Notes: generated by a model from the sequence alone, not told the origin. Numbered from the stretch's first letter, positions 10,054 through 20,530 are shown. The stretch is DNA of 64,000 nucleotides from an uncultured Clostridia bacterium (GCA_934746715.1 CAKVFI010000003.1:164741-228740), one strand, 5' to 3'. Numbers and translations: made by a program.

Positions 10054-12444
10054 ATGAAATATATTTGTTCGATTGATGAAAATATTAATACGGAATTTGT
10101 TAACGAGATGAGCAAAATTTACAACATTGACAAACATCTTGTTGGTCTTTTATATTCTCGTGGTATCAACACGCAGGCAAAATTAAATCAATATCTTTCA
10201 CCAAGCATTCGCGACCTTTATGACCCATTTTTGTTTGAAGATATGTCTGCCGTGGTTGAAAAAATAGAAAAACATATTGCAAAAGACAGCAAAATTTTGA
10301 TTTTTGGCGACTACGATGTTGATGGCATAACTGCCAGCGCAATATTAATTAAATATTTCAGGTCAGTTGGTGCAAAAGTAACCAATTATATGCCAAACCG
10401 ATATGAAGATGGCTATGGTTTGTCCATTCAAACTTTGGACAAAATTTTTGCAAAAAACAAGCCAGATTTGGTTATCACAGTTGACTGCGGCATAACTGCT
10501 GTTGATGAAGTAGAGTACTTAAAAGCCAATGGCGTTGATGTTGTTGTAACTGACCACCATGAAAGAGGCGAAACTTTGCCAAATTGTTTGATTATCAACC
10601 CAAAAGTTAGCCAAACATATCCGTTTCATTGTCTGTGTGGGGCAGGTGTGGCACTCAAGCTTGTGCAAGCACTTGCTGGAATAACAGTTGCCAAAGAATA
10701 TTTGCCAATTTGTGCAATTGCAACAATTGCGGATATTGTTGAATTGTTAGATGAAAACCGCGCAATAGTGTCGCTAGGGTTAAAAGATATCGACAAATTG
10801 CCAGTTGGTATTTTGCGATTGATGCAGGAATGTGGAGTTAACAAAGCAAATTGCAAAGCAAGTGACATTGCGTTTAAAATTGCTCCAAAAATCAATGCAA
10901 GCGGACGTATGGGCAGTGCAGAAACCAGTTTGGAACTTTATATGGAAGAAAATCCAAACAAAGTTAAACCAATCATAAACAAGATCCTTGAATTTAACAA
11001 CCAACGCCAACAATTGTGTGATAAAGTTTACAATGATGTTGAAAATGAACTTCAAGGCAAAGATATCTTCAAAATCAGTGCGATTGTTATGTCTTCACCA
11101 GATTGGGACAGCGGTATTTTGGGCATTGTTTCTGCCCGCATTGCAGAAGAGTATCACCGCCCAACATTTTTGTTTAGTCAGGTGGGGGACGAGTTGACTG
11201 GCTCTTGCCGCAGCGTTAATGGGGTTAATGTTCACACACTTTTAAGCAGCATGAGTCAAATTTTAACAAAGTTTGGCGGGCACCCAATGGCGGCAGGTTT
11301 AACTCTTAAAGTTGACAAATTTGATGAATTTACAAGGTTAACAAACCAATACGTTGACGAAAATTTGAACAAGGCAGACTTTTTGCCAACAAAAACCTAC
11401 GATTTTGCGCTTGATTCAAGTGAAATCAACTTAAAAATGATTGAAGATATCGACAAACTTGAACCATGTGGTCATATGAATGCGCGCCCAATTTTTAGTT
11501 TAAAACTTAAAAATGCAACAATAAGCAGTTTGCCAAAGCACCCTCAACATTTGGTTTTAAATTATCCAAATTTCAACTTGCTTGCGTTTAATGCCAGCAA
11601 AAATTATTTTGTGCTATCTGGCAACACAGAGTGTGGCATTTTGGCAGATTTGAATGTGGACACTTTTAGAAACAGCAAACAAATTTCTGGCATTGTAAAA
11701 TCAATTGATTACGAAGGTGTTTATCGCCCACAAGATAATGATATTTTGCTTGCAGAGTACATCAAACAAATTATGTATCCAATCCAGGATAGTTACAAGT
11801 TCAACAATTACAATCGTGACCAATTGATTCGCATGTTGGTTGATATGGACAAAAATGTTTACGGCACACTTATTGTTGCCAACGATTACAACACATACAT
11901 CAACTTTAAATCTATTTATGACAGCAACAACATTTTCCGCAATCGCGTGTTTGAAATTGGCGACGCAACAGGGCTTAACACAATCCTTTTGTCCCCAACA
12001 AATTTTGATTATTTTAACACTTTTAGTCGCATTATATTTTTAGACCCACTACTAAATATGGGGTATTTGAATGAGTTGCAACACCACACAAAGTCAACAG
12101 TTTATTTGCCACATATGCCAGACACAAATGTGAGTTTGCTTAAAAACATTAACCTTTCAAGGGAGATTTTTGGCAAATATTTTAGGTTGTTGCAATTTGC
12201 TTGTGAAAACAAAATAACAGGTTATTATTGCTATCATTTTTACAAAAATATTATTAACAAAACCAAACAAAAAGCGGATTTCAATTATCTGCAATTTTAT
12301 GTTTGTTTGGAAGTGTTTAAAGAGCTTGGCATTGTTGTTACAAACGAAAATAACACTCAAGTTGAGGCAATTTTAAACAAAAAAAATCCGCTTAATGCAA
12401 GCAGTTTTTACAATCGTTTAAACAGCATGAAAACCGCAAAATAA
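10054..12444 (+). CDS. recJ: single-stranded-DNA-specific exonuclease RecJ
   Basis: DHH-family motifs GDYDVDGITASA, VDCG and VTDHHE, then DHHA1 GGHPMAAG. 796 aa. Confidence 0.93.
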   Translation: MKYICSIDENINTEFVNEMSKIYNIDKHLVGLLYSRGINTQAKLNQYLSPSIRDLYDPFLFEDMSAVVEKIEKHIAKDSKILIFGDYDVDGITASAILIKYFRSVGAKVTNYMPNRYEDGYGLSIQTLDKIFAKNKPDLVITVDCGITAVDEVEYLKANGVDVVVTDHHERGETLPNCLIINPKVSQTYPFHCLCGAGVALKLVQALAGITVAKEYLPICAIATIADIVELLDENRAIVSLGLKDIDKLPVGILRLMQECGVNKANCKASDIAFKIAPKINASGRMGSAETSLELYMEENPNKVKPIINKILEFNNQRQQLCDKVYNDVENELQGKDIFKISAIVMSSPDWDSGILGIVSARIAEEYHRPTFLFSQVGDELTGSCRSVNGVNVHTLLSSMSQILTKFGGHPMAAGLTLKVDKFDEFTRLTNQYVDENLNKADFLPTKTYDFALDSSEINLKMIEDIDKLEPCGHMNARPIFSLKLKNATISSLPKHPQHLVLNYPNFNLLAFNASKNYFVLSGNTECGILADLNVDTFRNSKQISGIVKSIDYEGVYRPQDNDILLAEYIKQIMYPIQDSYKFNNYNRDQLIRMLVDMDKNVYGTLIVANDYNTYINFKSIYDSNNIFRNRVFEIGDATGLNTILLSPTNFDYFNTFSRIIFLDPLLNMGYLNELQHHTKSTVYLPHMPDTNVSLLKNINLSREIFGKYFRLLQFACENKITGYYCYHFYKNIINKTKQKADFNYLQFYVCLEVFKELGIVVTNENNTQVEAILNKKNPLNASSFYNRLNSMKTAK

Positions 12445-12482
12445 ATTAAAAAAACTATGCTAAATATAGCGTGGTTTTTTTG

Positions 12483-12522
12483 TTGCGTTTAACTTTTTGT
12501 TTTGGTATAATTAATAAGATTA
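12483..12522 (+). promoter_or_regulatory. promoter abutting the M50-like gene (very short leader)
   Basis: TTGCGT, 17 nt spacer, TGgTATAAT (12506-12511). The ATG is 11 nt downstream with no SD. Confidence 0.6.
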
Positions 12523-13203
12523 ATGCTTATTTCAATTTTATTAAACAACAATTTAGACCCATTGGATGCAGTAATACAATTTTTGATGATTGTGTTTGTT
12601 TTTACATTTTCACTTTCACTGCGAGAGTTTTTTCGTGCTTTTGCTGCTTACAAGATGGGGGACGCCACTGCAAAATCAATGGGAATGATGACAATCAATC
12701 CAATAAAACATATCGACCCAGCAGGCTTTTTGTTTTTTGTGTTGCTTGGTGTAGGCTGGTCAAAACCTGTGCCAATCAATCCAACAAATTTCAAAAACTA
12801 CCGCAAAGGCATTAGGTGGGTGTCCGCTGCCGGCGTGTTGGTCAACTTTGTTTTTGGTTTGCTTGCGTCAATCGTTTATTTGGTGTTTAATCGCACACTG
12901 GGTTGTCCAAACGAAGCAATGGGTTACTTTTACTTGCTGCTTCAAATAATCATGCAAATCAACAGTTTTTTGGTGCTTTTCAACATCTTGCCAATTTATC
13001 CACTTGCAGGATTTGACTTTATAACAACGTTTATGAAGTCTAACAACAAATTTATTTACTTCAACTACAAAAATGGCGTAAAAATACTTTATGGGATATT
13101 GATTGTTAGTGTTGTGTTTGAGTTGCTGTTTGGCTTTGATTTGTTTGCTATTTATTTAAATTTATTATATAATTATATATATTTACCAATCGCTTTAATT
13201 TAG
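12523..13203 (+). CDS. site-2 protease (peptidase M50) family membrane protein lacking all three metal ligands
   Basis: LSLREFFRAFAAYKMGDATAK...INPIKHIDP...NILPIYPLAGFD is collinear with the M50B layout HExxH...NxxPxxPLDG, but reads RExxR and PLAG. Confidence 0.8.
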   Translation: MLISILLNNNLDPLDAVIQFLMIVFVFTFSLSLREFFRAFAAYKMGDATAKSMGMMTINPIKHIDPAGFLFFVLLGVGWSKPVPINPTNFKNYRKGIRWVSAAGVLVNFVFGLLASIVYLVFNRTLGCPNEAMGYFYLLLQIIMQINSFLVLFNILPIYPLAGFDFITTFMKSNNKFIYFNYKNGVKILYGILIVSVVFELLFGFDLFAIYLNLLYNYIYLPIALI

Positions 13204-13210
13204 GGGTGCT

Positions 13211-13960
13211 ATGGAAGAAATGGAAGAACTGACTGACGAATTTGGCAGTCATTTAACATTTAAGTTGGAAGGCTTTGAAGGGCCTTTGGATCTTTTGCTG
13301 CACCTTATCAAAGAAAACAACATGTCCATTCAAACCATTCGCATAAGTGAAATCACAGACCAGTACTTGAAATACATGGACGACATCTCAAGTTTGGATA
13401 TGGACGAAGCCGTTGCGTTTTTGGACATGACAAGCAGATTGTTGGAACTTAAATCAAAAGCATTGCTTCCTGTTGAACAAACCGATGAAGAAGATGACGA
13501 GCAAGATAGTTTGCTTAAACTTCAAATGGACTTGCAAGAATATCAATTGTTTAAAGGCGTTGGGGCAGAATTGCAACAAATTGAAAATGTTAACAGGTTT
13601 TACAAGCAGCCAGACAAAATGGCAAACGACACTCGCATTGTGTTCAACGATTTTAATTTGGACAAATTGCTTGATGCTTTTGCATTCATTTTGATGAAAA
13701 CAAAGGATAGAGAAAACCCAGAAGAAAAGCAAATTAAACGTGATCGCTGGACGGTTGCGGATAAAATTGCCTTTTTAACTGGTGTTTTGAAGGAAAACAA
13801 AGAAATCAACTTTTTTAGTTTGTTTGACGACACATATTCAAAAGGCGAAATTATTACAACATTCTTGGCAATTTTGGATATGCTTAAATTTCAAAAAATT
13901 GTTGTTGTTCAAACGGACAGATATCAAGATATTTTAATAAAAGCAAGGGAGGAACAATGA
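13211..13960 (+). CDS. scpA: segregation and condensation protein A
   Basis: FEGPLDLLLHLIKENNMSIQTIRISEITDQYL is the ScpA kleisin N-terminus. Followed by scpB. Confidence 0.9.
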   Translation: MEEMEELTDEFGSHLTFKLEGFEGPLDLLLHLIKENNMSIQTIRISEITDQYLKYMDDISSLDMDEAVAFLDMTSRLLELKSKALLPVEQTDEEDDEQDSLLKLQMDLQEYQLFKGVGAELQQIENVNRFYKQPDKMANDTRIVFNDFNLDKLLDAFAFILMKTKDRENPEEKQIKRDRWTVADKIAFLTGVLKENKEINFFSLFDDTYSKGEIITTFLAILDMLKFQKIVVVQTDRYQDILIKAREEQ

Positions 13961-14625
13961 AGTACGAAGACATAGCACGCGTTATTGAAGGCGTTTTGTT
14001 TGTTGCTGGTGACGGCGTTGAAATAGATGAATTTAAGCGCAAGTTTGACATTAACGACAAAGAATTTAACAAATGCCTTGACTTGCTTAAAGCAAAGTAT
14101 AACGAAAAAAGCGGAATAAATATTATTACATACAAAAGCAAAGTTCAATTGTGTTCAAACCCACAAATTGTTGAAGACATCAGTGAAATATTAAACCCTA
14201 TCCGTGAGCGCTCATTAACAAAAGCTGCGTTGGACACTGTTGCCATTATTGCCTACAAACAGCCTATAACTAGAATGGAAATTGAAGGCATTCGCCAAGT
14301 TAAAAACTGCGATTATGCCATTGATTTGTTGCTTTCAAACAACCTTATTGAAGTTGTTGGAAGAAAGGATGCAGTGGGCAAACCATTGCTTTATGGCACA
14401 ACAGATGCATTTTTGAAGCGCTTTGGTTTGTCAAGCATAGAAGCATTGCCAAACTACAACGAGTTGCTTGACCGTATCCGCGTCATTCACAGTGATGGCG
14501 ATTCATTATATCGCGAGTTCTCAATTCCAGATGAAGAACCAGAAAATTCCGCCACCGAAAAGGCAGAACCACCAACAAAAACTGCCAGTGAACAGCAAGA
14601 TGAAACACCAGCACAAGCAAGTTAA
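13957..14625 (+). CDS. scpB: segregation and condensation protein B
   Basis: IEGVLFVAGDGV, LSKAALDTVAIIAYKQPITRMEIEGIRQV, GKPLLYGTTDAFLKRFGL. Confidence 0.92.
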   Translation: MKYEDIARVIEGVLFVAGDGVEIDEFKRKFDINDKEFNKCLDLLKAKYNEKSGINIITYKSKVQLCSNPQIVEDISEILNPIRERSLTKAALDTVAIIAYKQPITRMEIEGIRQVKNCDYAIDLLLSNNLIEVVGRKDAVGKPLLYGTTDAFLKRFGLSSIEALPNYNELLDRIRVIHSDGDSLYREFSIPDEEPENSATEKAEPPTKTASEQQDETPAQAS

Positions 14626-14659
14626 AGTATAAAATCAAATTAAAGTAAGATACTACCAT

Positions 14660-15247
14660 ATGGGGTATCTTATTTTTTTGTTTGTTTGTCTTTTAACATT
14701 AATGTTGATTGTGTTTCCGTTTCTCATCAGTTATGAAATTAAAATCAATCTGTTGCGCCTTAAAGGTGTGTTTACGTTAATCATATTTGGCAAAATAAAA
14801 TTGCAGTTTAAATTGCGCGTAAAAAATGGCTATATTTACATTTATCACAACCGCAAAGAAAAGCGTTATAAATTAACTGACAAAAATTTTAATGTTATAT
14901 TTTTTGTCAATTTAATCAAACAGTTATATTTCCGCCACCAACTTTGCGTTTTGGATATATTTTCTAACTTTGGCTATATGAATGATGCTTGCGTTTCTGC
15001 AGTGGGCGTGGGGTATATAGACGTGATTAGCAAGTGTGTTTTAAGCAAAATCAAAAACAATAAAAAATCTGCACATATTTTTGTGAATGTTGATGCAAAA
15101 TATAATCAAGATATATGCTCAATTAGAGTTAAAAGTTCGGTGCGTGTGTCAATTTGGGACTTGCTGTTTTCGATTGTCTACACACTGCTTAACACATGGA
15201 GATATTATGAAAAACACCCAAACAATAAACTTAAACAAAAACAATAA
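14660..15247 (+). CDS. DUF2953/YtfI-like membrane protein (tentative)
   Basis: N-terminal TM and a K-rich beta-type sequence. Lies immediately upstream of, and overlapping, the ytfJ-like gene as in sporeformers. Confidence 0.5.
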   Translation: MGYLIFLFVCLLTLMLIVFPFLISYEIKINLLRLKGVFTLIIFGKIKLQFKLRVKNGYIYIYHNRKEKRYKLTDKNFNVIFFVNLIKQLYFRHQLCVLDIFSNFGYMNDACVSAVGVGYIDVISKCVLSKIKNNKKSAHIFVNVDAKYNQDICSIRVKSSVRVSIWDLLFSIVYTLLNTWRYYEKHPNNKLKQKQ

Positions 15248-15605
15248 AATAGAATCATTAATTGATGTTTCATTGGACAAAGTGCGTTCACTTATTGATG
15301 TTAACTGCGTGGTTGGCAATGCAATTTCCATGCCAGACAATTCAGTTATTATTCCAATTTCAAAAGTGAGTGTCGGCTTTGTTTCTGGTGGTGGAGAGTA
15401 TAGCGATTTAAATGCAAAACGCAATTCAGCGGATTTTCCAATGGCTGGCGGCACTGGTGGTGGCTTTACTGTTACACCAATTGGATTTTTTGTGGTTAAC
15501 AACAACAAATTTAAAATCATTCATGCAGACAAATCAACTGCGTATTTAGGGTTAATCAAAAATGCCACAGAAGTGCTTAAAAAATTTGTGGGGAACATGA
15601 AATGA
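15207..15605 (+). CDS. ytfJ: GerW/YtfJ-family sporulation protein
   Basis: I take the start at ATG 15207, behind GGAG, rather than the track start at 15087. IIPISKVSVGFVSGGGEY...FPMAGGTGGGFTVTPIGFFVV. Confidence 0.85.
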   Translation: MKNTQTINLNKNNKIESLIDVSLDKVRSLIDVNCVVGNAISMPDNSVIIPISKVSVGFVSGGGEYSDLNAKRNSADFPMAGGTGGGFTVTPIGFFVVNNNKFKIIHADKSTAYLGLIKNATEVLKKFVGNMK

Positions 15606-16798
15606 AGCAGTTAAACAGTCAATTTAAACAATTCAAAACAACAACAGCAATTACAAGGTTATTAGCCTTGTGTTTTGCTTTAATCAGCTCAATTTGTTGC
15701 TTTAATTTTGCAAGCATAAAACAGCTTTCAAATCCTATTTTTGCCGCCAGCAGTTCAGCAAAGGCGATGTGTGTGCTGGATAAGGACAGCAAACGTGTAT
15801 TATATTGCAAAAACCAAAACCAGAGTTTGCCAATGGCATCCACAACAAAAGTGGTTACAGCAATCACAGTGCTTGAAAATTGCAAAGATTTAAATCAAGT
15901 GATAACAATCAACAAACACGCAGTTGGTGTGGAAGGCACATCAATTTATTTGAGACAAGACGAGCATATTTCAGTTATGGATTTATTGTATGGTTTAATG
16001 CTTCGCAGTGGCAATGACAGTGCAACATCGTTGGCTTATCATGTTGGTGGTAGTGTTGACGGGTTTGCTTCTCTCATGAACAATTTTGCAAAAAAAGTTG
16101 GGGCAAAAAATTCTCATTTTGCAAACCCACATGGGTTAGATAATCCAAATCATTACACAACTGCATATGATTTGGCTCTTATCACTTGCCACGCATTAAA
16201 CAATCCAACTTTTAAGCAAATTGTTTCAACAAAAAATCACATTATTCCAGCAACAAACAAATCAGACAAACGCTATTTGACAAACAAAAACAGATTGCTT
16301 TCAAGCTTAACTGGCTGTTGTGGTGTTAAAACTGGCTTTACATCAAAAGCGGGGAGATGTTTGGTTAGTGCATGCGAAAGGGACAACAGAACAACCGTTT
16401 GTGTTGTGCTTAATTGTGGGCCTATGTTTGAAGAAAGTGTTGATTTGATTGAATCAAGCTTTGAAGATTATTCAAACAAAAAAGTTGTTGACAAAAACAA
16501 GGAAATTTACAATGAATATTTGCTTGATAACAAGGCTGGACGCCTATATTTGTACGCAGAAAAAGATGTTTACTGCCCAATAAAACAAGGGGAAGAAAAC
16601 AAAATACAAATTAAATATTCCGTTAAACTAGACGACGCTCATCAAGGCAGCGAAGTTGGGAAAATTGATGTTTTTTTGGATAATCAGTTGATTAATTCTG
16701 CAAAATTATATACAATGAATAAGATTGAAAAGTTTTTGGACAACAAAACTCTTCAAATAAAAGAAATACTATGGGAAGAAGAAATAAATGAGAATTAA
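15602..16798 (+). CDS. dacB: D-alanyl-D-alanine carboxypeptidase (serine type)
   Basis: SxxK (ASTTK), SGN (RSGND) and KTG (KTGFT) motifs. The scpAB ... rluB neighbourhood matches B. subtilis dacB, but no spmAB follows. Confidence 0.82.
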   Translation: MKQLNSQFKQFKTTTAITRLLALCFALISSICCFNFASIKQLSNPIFAASSSAKAMCVLDKDSKRVLYCKNQNQSLPMASTTKVVTAITVLENCKDLNQVITINKHAVGVEGTSIYLRQDEHISVMDLLYGLMLRSGNDSATSLAYHVGGSVDGFASLMNNFAKKVGAKNSHFANPHGLDNPNHYTTAYDLALITCHALNNPTFKQIVSTKNHIIPATNKSDKRYLTNKNRLLSSLTGCCGVKTGFTSKAGRCLVSACERDNRTTVCVVLNCGPMFEESVDLIESSFEDYSNKKVVDKNKEIYNEYLLDNKAGRLYLYAEKDVYCPIKQGEENKIQIKYSVKLDDAHQGSEVGKIDVFLDNQLINSAKLYTMNKIEKFLDNKTLQIKEILWEEEINEN

Positions 16799-17498
16799 TA
16801 AATATATCGCAAGTTCAGGTGTTACAAGCAGGCGCAAGGCAGAAGAATTGGTGCTTGCTGGCAAAGTTAAAATAAATGGCAAAGTTGTTTCTAATTTGGC
16901 AACAGATGTTAAGGAAACAGATCAAGTTACAATAGAAGGCAAACCAATCCACACAGCGGAAAATTTTGTTTATTACAAATTGCACAAACCAAAAGGCTAT
17001 GTTTCAACAGTTAATGACGATAAGGGCAGAAAAACTGTTATGGAATTGATGCGCGGTGTTCACACACGTGTTTTTCCTGTTGGCAGATTGGATTACGACA
17101 CTGAAGGGCTTTTGCTTTTAACAAACGACGGCGATTTGTCAAATATATTAACACGTCCCAAAAGTGAAGTGGAAAAGGTTTACTATGTCACAATAGAAGG
17201 CACAATAAGCAAGGACGAAGTTAAAACATTGTCATCTGGCATTGAAATTGATGGCTACAAAACCAAACCATGCAGCGTTGTGGTTATGAGTGAAAACCAA
17301 AATCAAACCAAACTTGCAATAACAATCACAGAAGGCAAAAACAGACAAATCCGCAAAATGCTTGAAGCAGTTAACAAAACTGTTACATTTTTAAAACGCG
17401 TTCAAATTGGCGAAATCCGTTTGGGCGGGTTATCTCGCGGGGAATATGCTCAACTTAATGCAAAAGAAGTTAGATATTTGCAAAATTTAAAAAAATAA
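16788..17498 (+). CDS. rluB: rRNA pseudouridine synthase RluB (S4 domain plus RsuA/RluB core)
   Basis: INKYIASSGVTSRRKAEELV, GRLDYDTEGLLLLTNDGD, GKNRQIRKM. Confidence 0.9.
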   Translation: MRINKYIASSGVTSRRKAEELVLAGKVKINGKVVSNLATDVKETDQVTIEGKPIHTAENFVYYKLHKPKGYVSTVNDDKGRKTVMELMRGVHTRVFPVGRLDYDTEGLLLLTNDGDLSNILTRPKSEVEKVYYVTIEGTISKDEVKTLSSGIEIDGYKTKPCSVVVMSENQNQTKLAITITEGKNRQIRKMLEAVNKTVTFLKRVQIGEIRLGGLSRGEYAQLNAKEVRYLQNLKK

Positions 17499-17569
17499 TT
17501 TAATTTTGTTTTGTTATTTTAAAATAATATGGCAGTTTTGCAAAATTTTTTGCGCAACTGCTTTTTTCT

Positions 17570-17605
17570 TTGCAAAAATCTATCAATTATGCTACAATAT
17601 CGCCA
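17570..17605 (+). promoter_or_regulatory. promoter fused to the start codon (leaderless geometry)
   Basis: TTGCAA (17570-17575), 17 nt spacer, TACAAT (17593-17598), 7 nt, ATG 17606. No SD. The track's TTG start is the -35 hexamer. Confidence 0.7.
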
Positions 17606-18829
17606 ATGGAAACAAATTTTGATGTTGTTGTTATCGGTGGCGGAGCATCGGGCATGATGTCCGCAATTTTTGCATCTCGCAAAGGCAAAAAAACTTTAAT
17701 TCTTGACCATAATGAAAAGCTGGGCAAAAAGTTATACATTACAGGCAAAGGTAAGTGCAATTTAACTAACAACAGCAGTGTGGAAACACATTTGGAAAAC
17801 ATTATGCACAACAGCAAATTTATGTATTCTGCTCTCAACGCGTTCACTCCGCAAGATACTATGGCGTTTTTTGAGGAAAACGGATTAAAATTGCGCACAG
17901 AACGTGGCAAAAGGGTTTTTCCAGAAAGTGATAAGTCAAGTGACGTTATCAAAACATTGGAAAAATGCTTGCATAGATATGAAGTTAAAATTTCATTAAA
18001 CAACGAAATTTTGTCAGTTCAAAAACAAGGAGATTTGTTCCATATTAAGTGTGATAATGGTGTTGAATACACATCATATAGTTTAATTTTAGCAACTGGT
18101 GGTTTATCGTATGCTGGCACAGGCGCTTCAGATTTTGGCTGCAAAATTGCCACTCAATTTGGTCATAAACTTATTAAAGCAAAAAGTGCACTATGCCCAA
18201 TTGTTTTGTATGACGATGTTAGTTCTCTTAATGGTTTAAGTTTAAAAAATGTAAGTTTGGAACTGGAAGTGAACGGCAAAAAGTTTAAGGAATTTGGCGA
18301 AATGATGTTCACTTTTAACTCAATCACTGGTCCAATTGCGCTGACGCTCTCCAGCAAAATCAATGAATATCAAATCAACAAAACAAAACTGATTTTAGAT
18401 TTAAAACCTGCTTTAACCATAACTCAACTTGACCAAAAACTTAAACGAGAAAGTCTTGAGTATGCAAAAACAGATTTAAAAAATTATCTTTACACTGTTT
18501 TGCCACATTCATTTGTTGACTATTTTATGCACCACACCAAATTAACCAACAAAAAAATGGCAGATTTAAGCAAAACAGAAAGAAACACAATTATTTCCAA
18601 CCTTAAACAATTTGACTTTTTAATTAAATCATTAGATAATATTAATGTTAGTATAGTAACCGCAGGTGGGGTTGATGTTAAACAAATCAATTCAAAAACA
18701 TGCGAAAGCAAACTTGTTCCAAACCTTTATATTGTTGGGGAACTGCTTGATGTGGATGCGCTAACTGGCGGCTTTAATTTGCAAATTGCTTGGTCAACAG
18801 GTTTTGTTGCTGGCAATTCAGTGAGATAA
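17606..18829 (+). CDS. NAD(P)/FAD-dependent oxidoreductase, HI0933/BaiN family
   Basis: FDVVVIGGGASGMM dinucleotide fold, KLYITGKGKCNLTN, C-terminal GELLDVDALTGGFNLQIAWSTG. Confidence 0.85.
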   Translation: METNFDVVVIGGGASGMMSAIFASRKGKKTLILDHNEKLGKKLYITGKGKCNLTNNSSVETHLENIMHNSKFMYSALNAFTPQDTMAFFEENGLKLRTERGKRVFPESDKSSDVIKTLEKCLHRYEVKISLNNEILSVQKQGDLFHIKCDNGVEYTSYSLILATGGLSYAGTGASDFGCKIATQFGHKLIKAKSALCPIVLYDDVSSLNGLSLKNVSLELEVNGKKFKEFGEMMFTFNSITGPIALTLSSKINEYQINKTKLILDLKPALTITQLDQKLKRESLEYAKTDLKNYLYTVLPHSFVDYFMHHTKLTNKKMADLSKTERNTIISNLKQFDFLIKSLDNINVSIVTAGGVDVKQINSKTCESKLVPNLYIVGELLDVDALTGGFNLQIAWSTGFVAGNSVR

Positions 18830-18839
18830 AAGGACAATT

Positions 18840-19439
18840 ATGTTATTTTGGTTTTTATTTGTTTTGGCGTTTATTCCTTGTTTGATTTTGTTTCCAATCA
18901 AAAAGGTTGGCAAAAAGAACTTAAAGGAATTAAAAGGCAAAAACTATATTATTTCATGCAATCATATGTCAAATAACGACGCACCAATGTTGGACATTAG
19001 GTTTTGCAGAAAACATTATTTTTTGGCAAAAAAAGAGTTGTTTAACGGCAAAATTAAGTCTGCTTTCATTAAAAGCCTTGGTGGCGTTAAAGTTGACAGG
19101 CAAAAGGTTGAACCAAGTTCTATTAAAGAAGTTTTGCGCTTAATTGGCAAAAACAAGCATATTTGCATTTTTCCACAGGGCACAAGGGCAAAAACTCCAT
19201 ATATTGAAGATGGTTCAGCAAAAGAAGGTGTTGCAATGTTTTCCATTCGCACCAACACGCCAGTTGTGCCAATGATGTACAACAAAAAAATAAAGCCTTT
19301 TAGAAGAGTTAAATTGTATATTGGCAAGCCAATTTACCCAGACGAAACAAGAAAAGGTGACAAAACATATTTGGCAGAATTTGCTGATTTAATCGTCAGC
19401 AAAATGAATGCCTTGCTTGAAGGAGAAAATAAACAATGA
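18840..19439 (+). CDS. plsC: 1-acyl-sn-glycerol-3-phosphate acyltransferase
   Basis: HxxxxD motif NHMSNND, FPQGTR and an N-terminal TM. Confidence 0.85.
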   Translation: MLFWFLFVLAFIPCLILFPIKKVGKKNLKELKGKNYIISCNHMSNNDAPMLDIRFCRKHYFLAKKELFNGKIKSAFIKSLGGVKVDRQKVEPSSIKEVLRLIGKNKHICIFPQGTRAKTPYIEDGSAKEGVAMFSIRTNTPVVPMMYNKKIKPFRRVKLYIGKPIYPDETRKGDKTYLAEFADLIVSKMNALLEGENKQ

Positions 19440-20443
19440 AAATGAAAGATTTTAATATTAGCATGACACAATACAATCGCGGGGACATCATCACTGGCAC
19501 AATTGTTATGATAGGCGAAAAGGAAGTTGTTGTTGCCATCGGTGGGCTTAAGGAAGGAGTTTTTCCACGTGAAGAACTTGAACCAAACTTTAAAATTGGC
19601 GATGCTGTTTTGGTTATGGTTACTGGCAAAATTGATGACAAAGGTTGCTTGATTGTTAATCACACAGGCGTAAACAAAGCCATCGAGGACAAGGAAAAGT
19701 TAAAGGCGCTTAAAGTTGGCAGCGAATTTAGTTTTGTTGCCTCTGCAATCAACACAGCAGGTATTTTGGGCGAATTTATGGGTTTTCGCGTGTTTTTGCC
19801 ATTCAGCCAATGCGCTCCACAAGATTTTATGAATAAAGATAGTTTGGTAAATCGTGAAATTTCAGCGATTGTTATTGAACTTAACAATATAAAAAAATCA
19901 ATTGTTTGCAGCACAAAACTTTTAACAAACACCGAAGTTCAACCTGTTGAAATTGGCGAAACCATTGCCGGCACAGTGATTAAATTGGAAGATAAATATG
20001 CTGTTGTTCTTTTGGAAAATGGGGCAAAAGCAAAACTTTCAATTTCTGACGCAAGTTACGAGCACATCAGCAGTTTGAAAGATGTTGTTGAAGAAAATCA
20101 AAAATATGATTTTAAAATTTTGGATGCAAACACAGATTTTTCAAGAATAACAGTGGGACTTAAACAATTAAAACAAGACCCACGCGATCAAGCGTTTAAT
20201 GAATTAAAGATTGGAGATGAAGTTGAAGGCGTAGTTGTCAAAATTTTGCCAGTTGGGGCTGTTATCAAACTTGACAACGGCTTTACAGCAATGGCAGTTA
20301 CCAAAGACAACACTGACAAATCAAATGTTGCAACTCATTATTTGTACAAACTTAATTCTCGTGTAAAAGGTTATATTTCACATCTCAACGCGGAAAGGCA
20401 CAAAATTAATATAATAACCAACAAAAAAGTAGAAAATATTTAA
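19436..20443 (+). CDS. S1 RNA-binding domain protein (ribosomal protein S1-like, about 4 S1 repeats)
   Basis: Repeated G(D/E)xxxGxV...V.L S1 modules (GDIITGTIVMI, GETIAGTVIKL, GDEVEGVVVKI). ATGA overlap with plsC. Confidence 0.8.
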   Translation: MKMKDFNISMTQYNRGDIITGTIVMIGEKEVVVAIGGLKEGVFPREELEPNFKIGDAVLVMVTGKIDDKGCLIVNHTGVNKAIEDKEKLKALKVGSEFSFVASAINTAGILGEFMGFRVFLPFSQCAPQDFMNKDSLVNREISAIVIELNNIKKSIVCSTKLLTNTEVQPVEIGETIAGTVIKLEDKYAVVLLENGAKAKLSISDASYEHISSLKDVVEENQKYDFKILDANTDFSRITVGLKQLKQDPRDQAFNELKIGDEVEGVVVKILPVGAVIKLDNGFTAMAVTKDNTDKSNVATHYLYKLNSRVKGYISHLNAERHKINIITNKKVENI

Positions 20444-20530
20444 TTTTTGCTAAAAAAATCATTATTTTTGCAAAAAATTTCAAAATTCACGATATTTTTT
20501 CGTTAAAATTGTTAAAAATCGACATTTTTA

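Noticed and set aside
12471-12815. 114-aa ORF overlapping the start of the M50-like gene
   Set aside because: It starts inside the recJ-M50 intergenic promoter region, is out of frame with the motif-bearing M50 frame, and has an implausible Cys/Phe-rich sequence.
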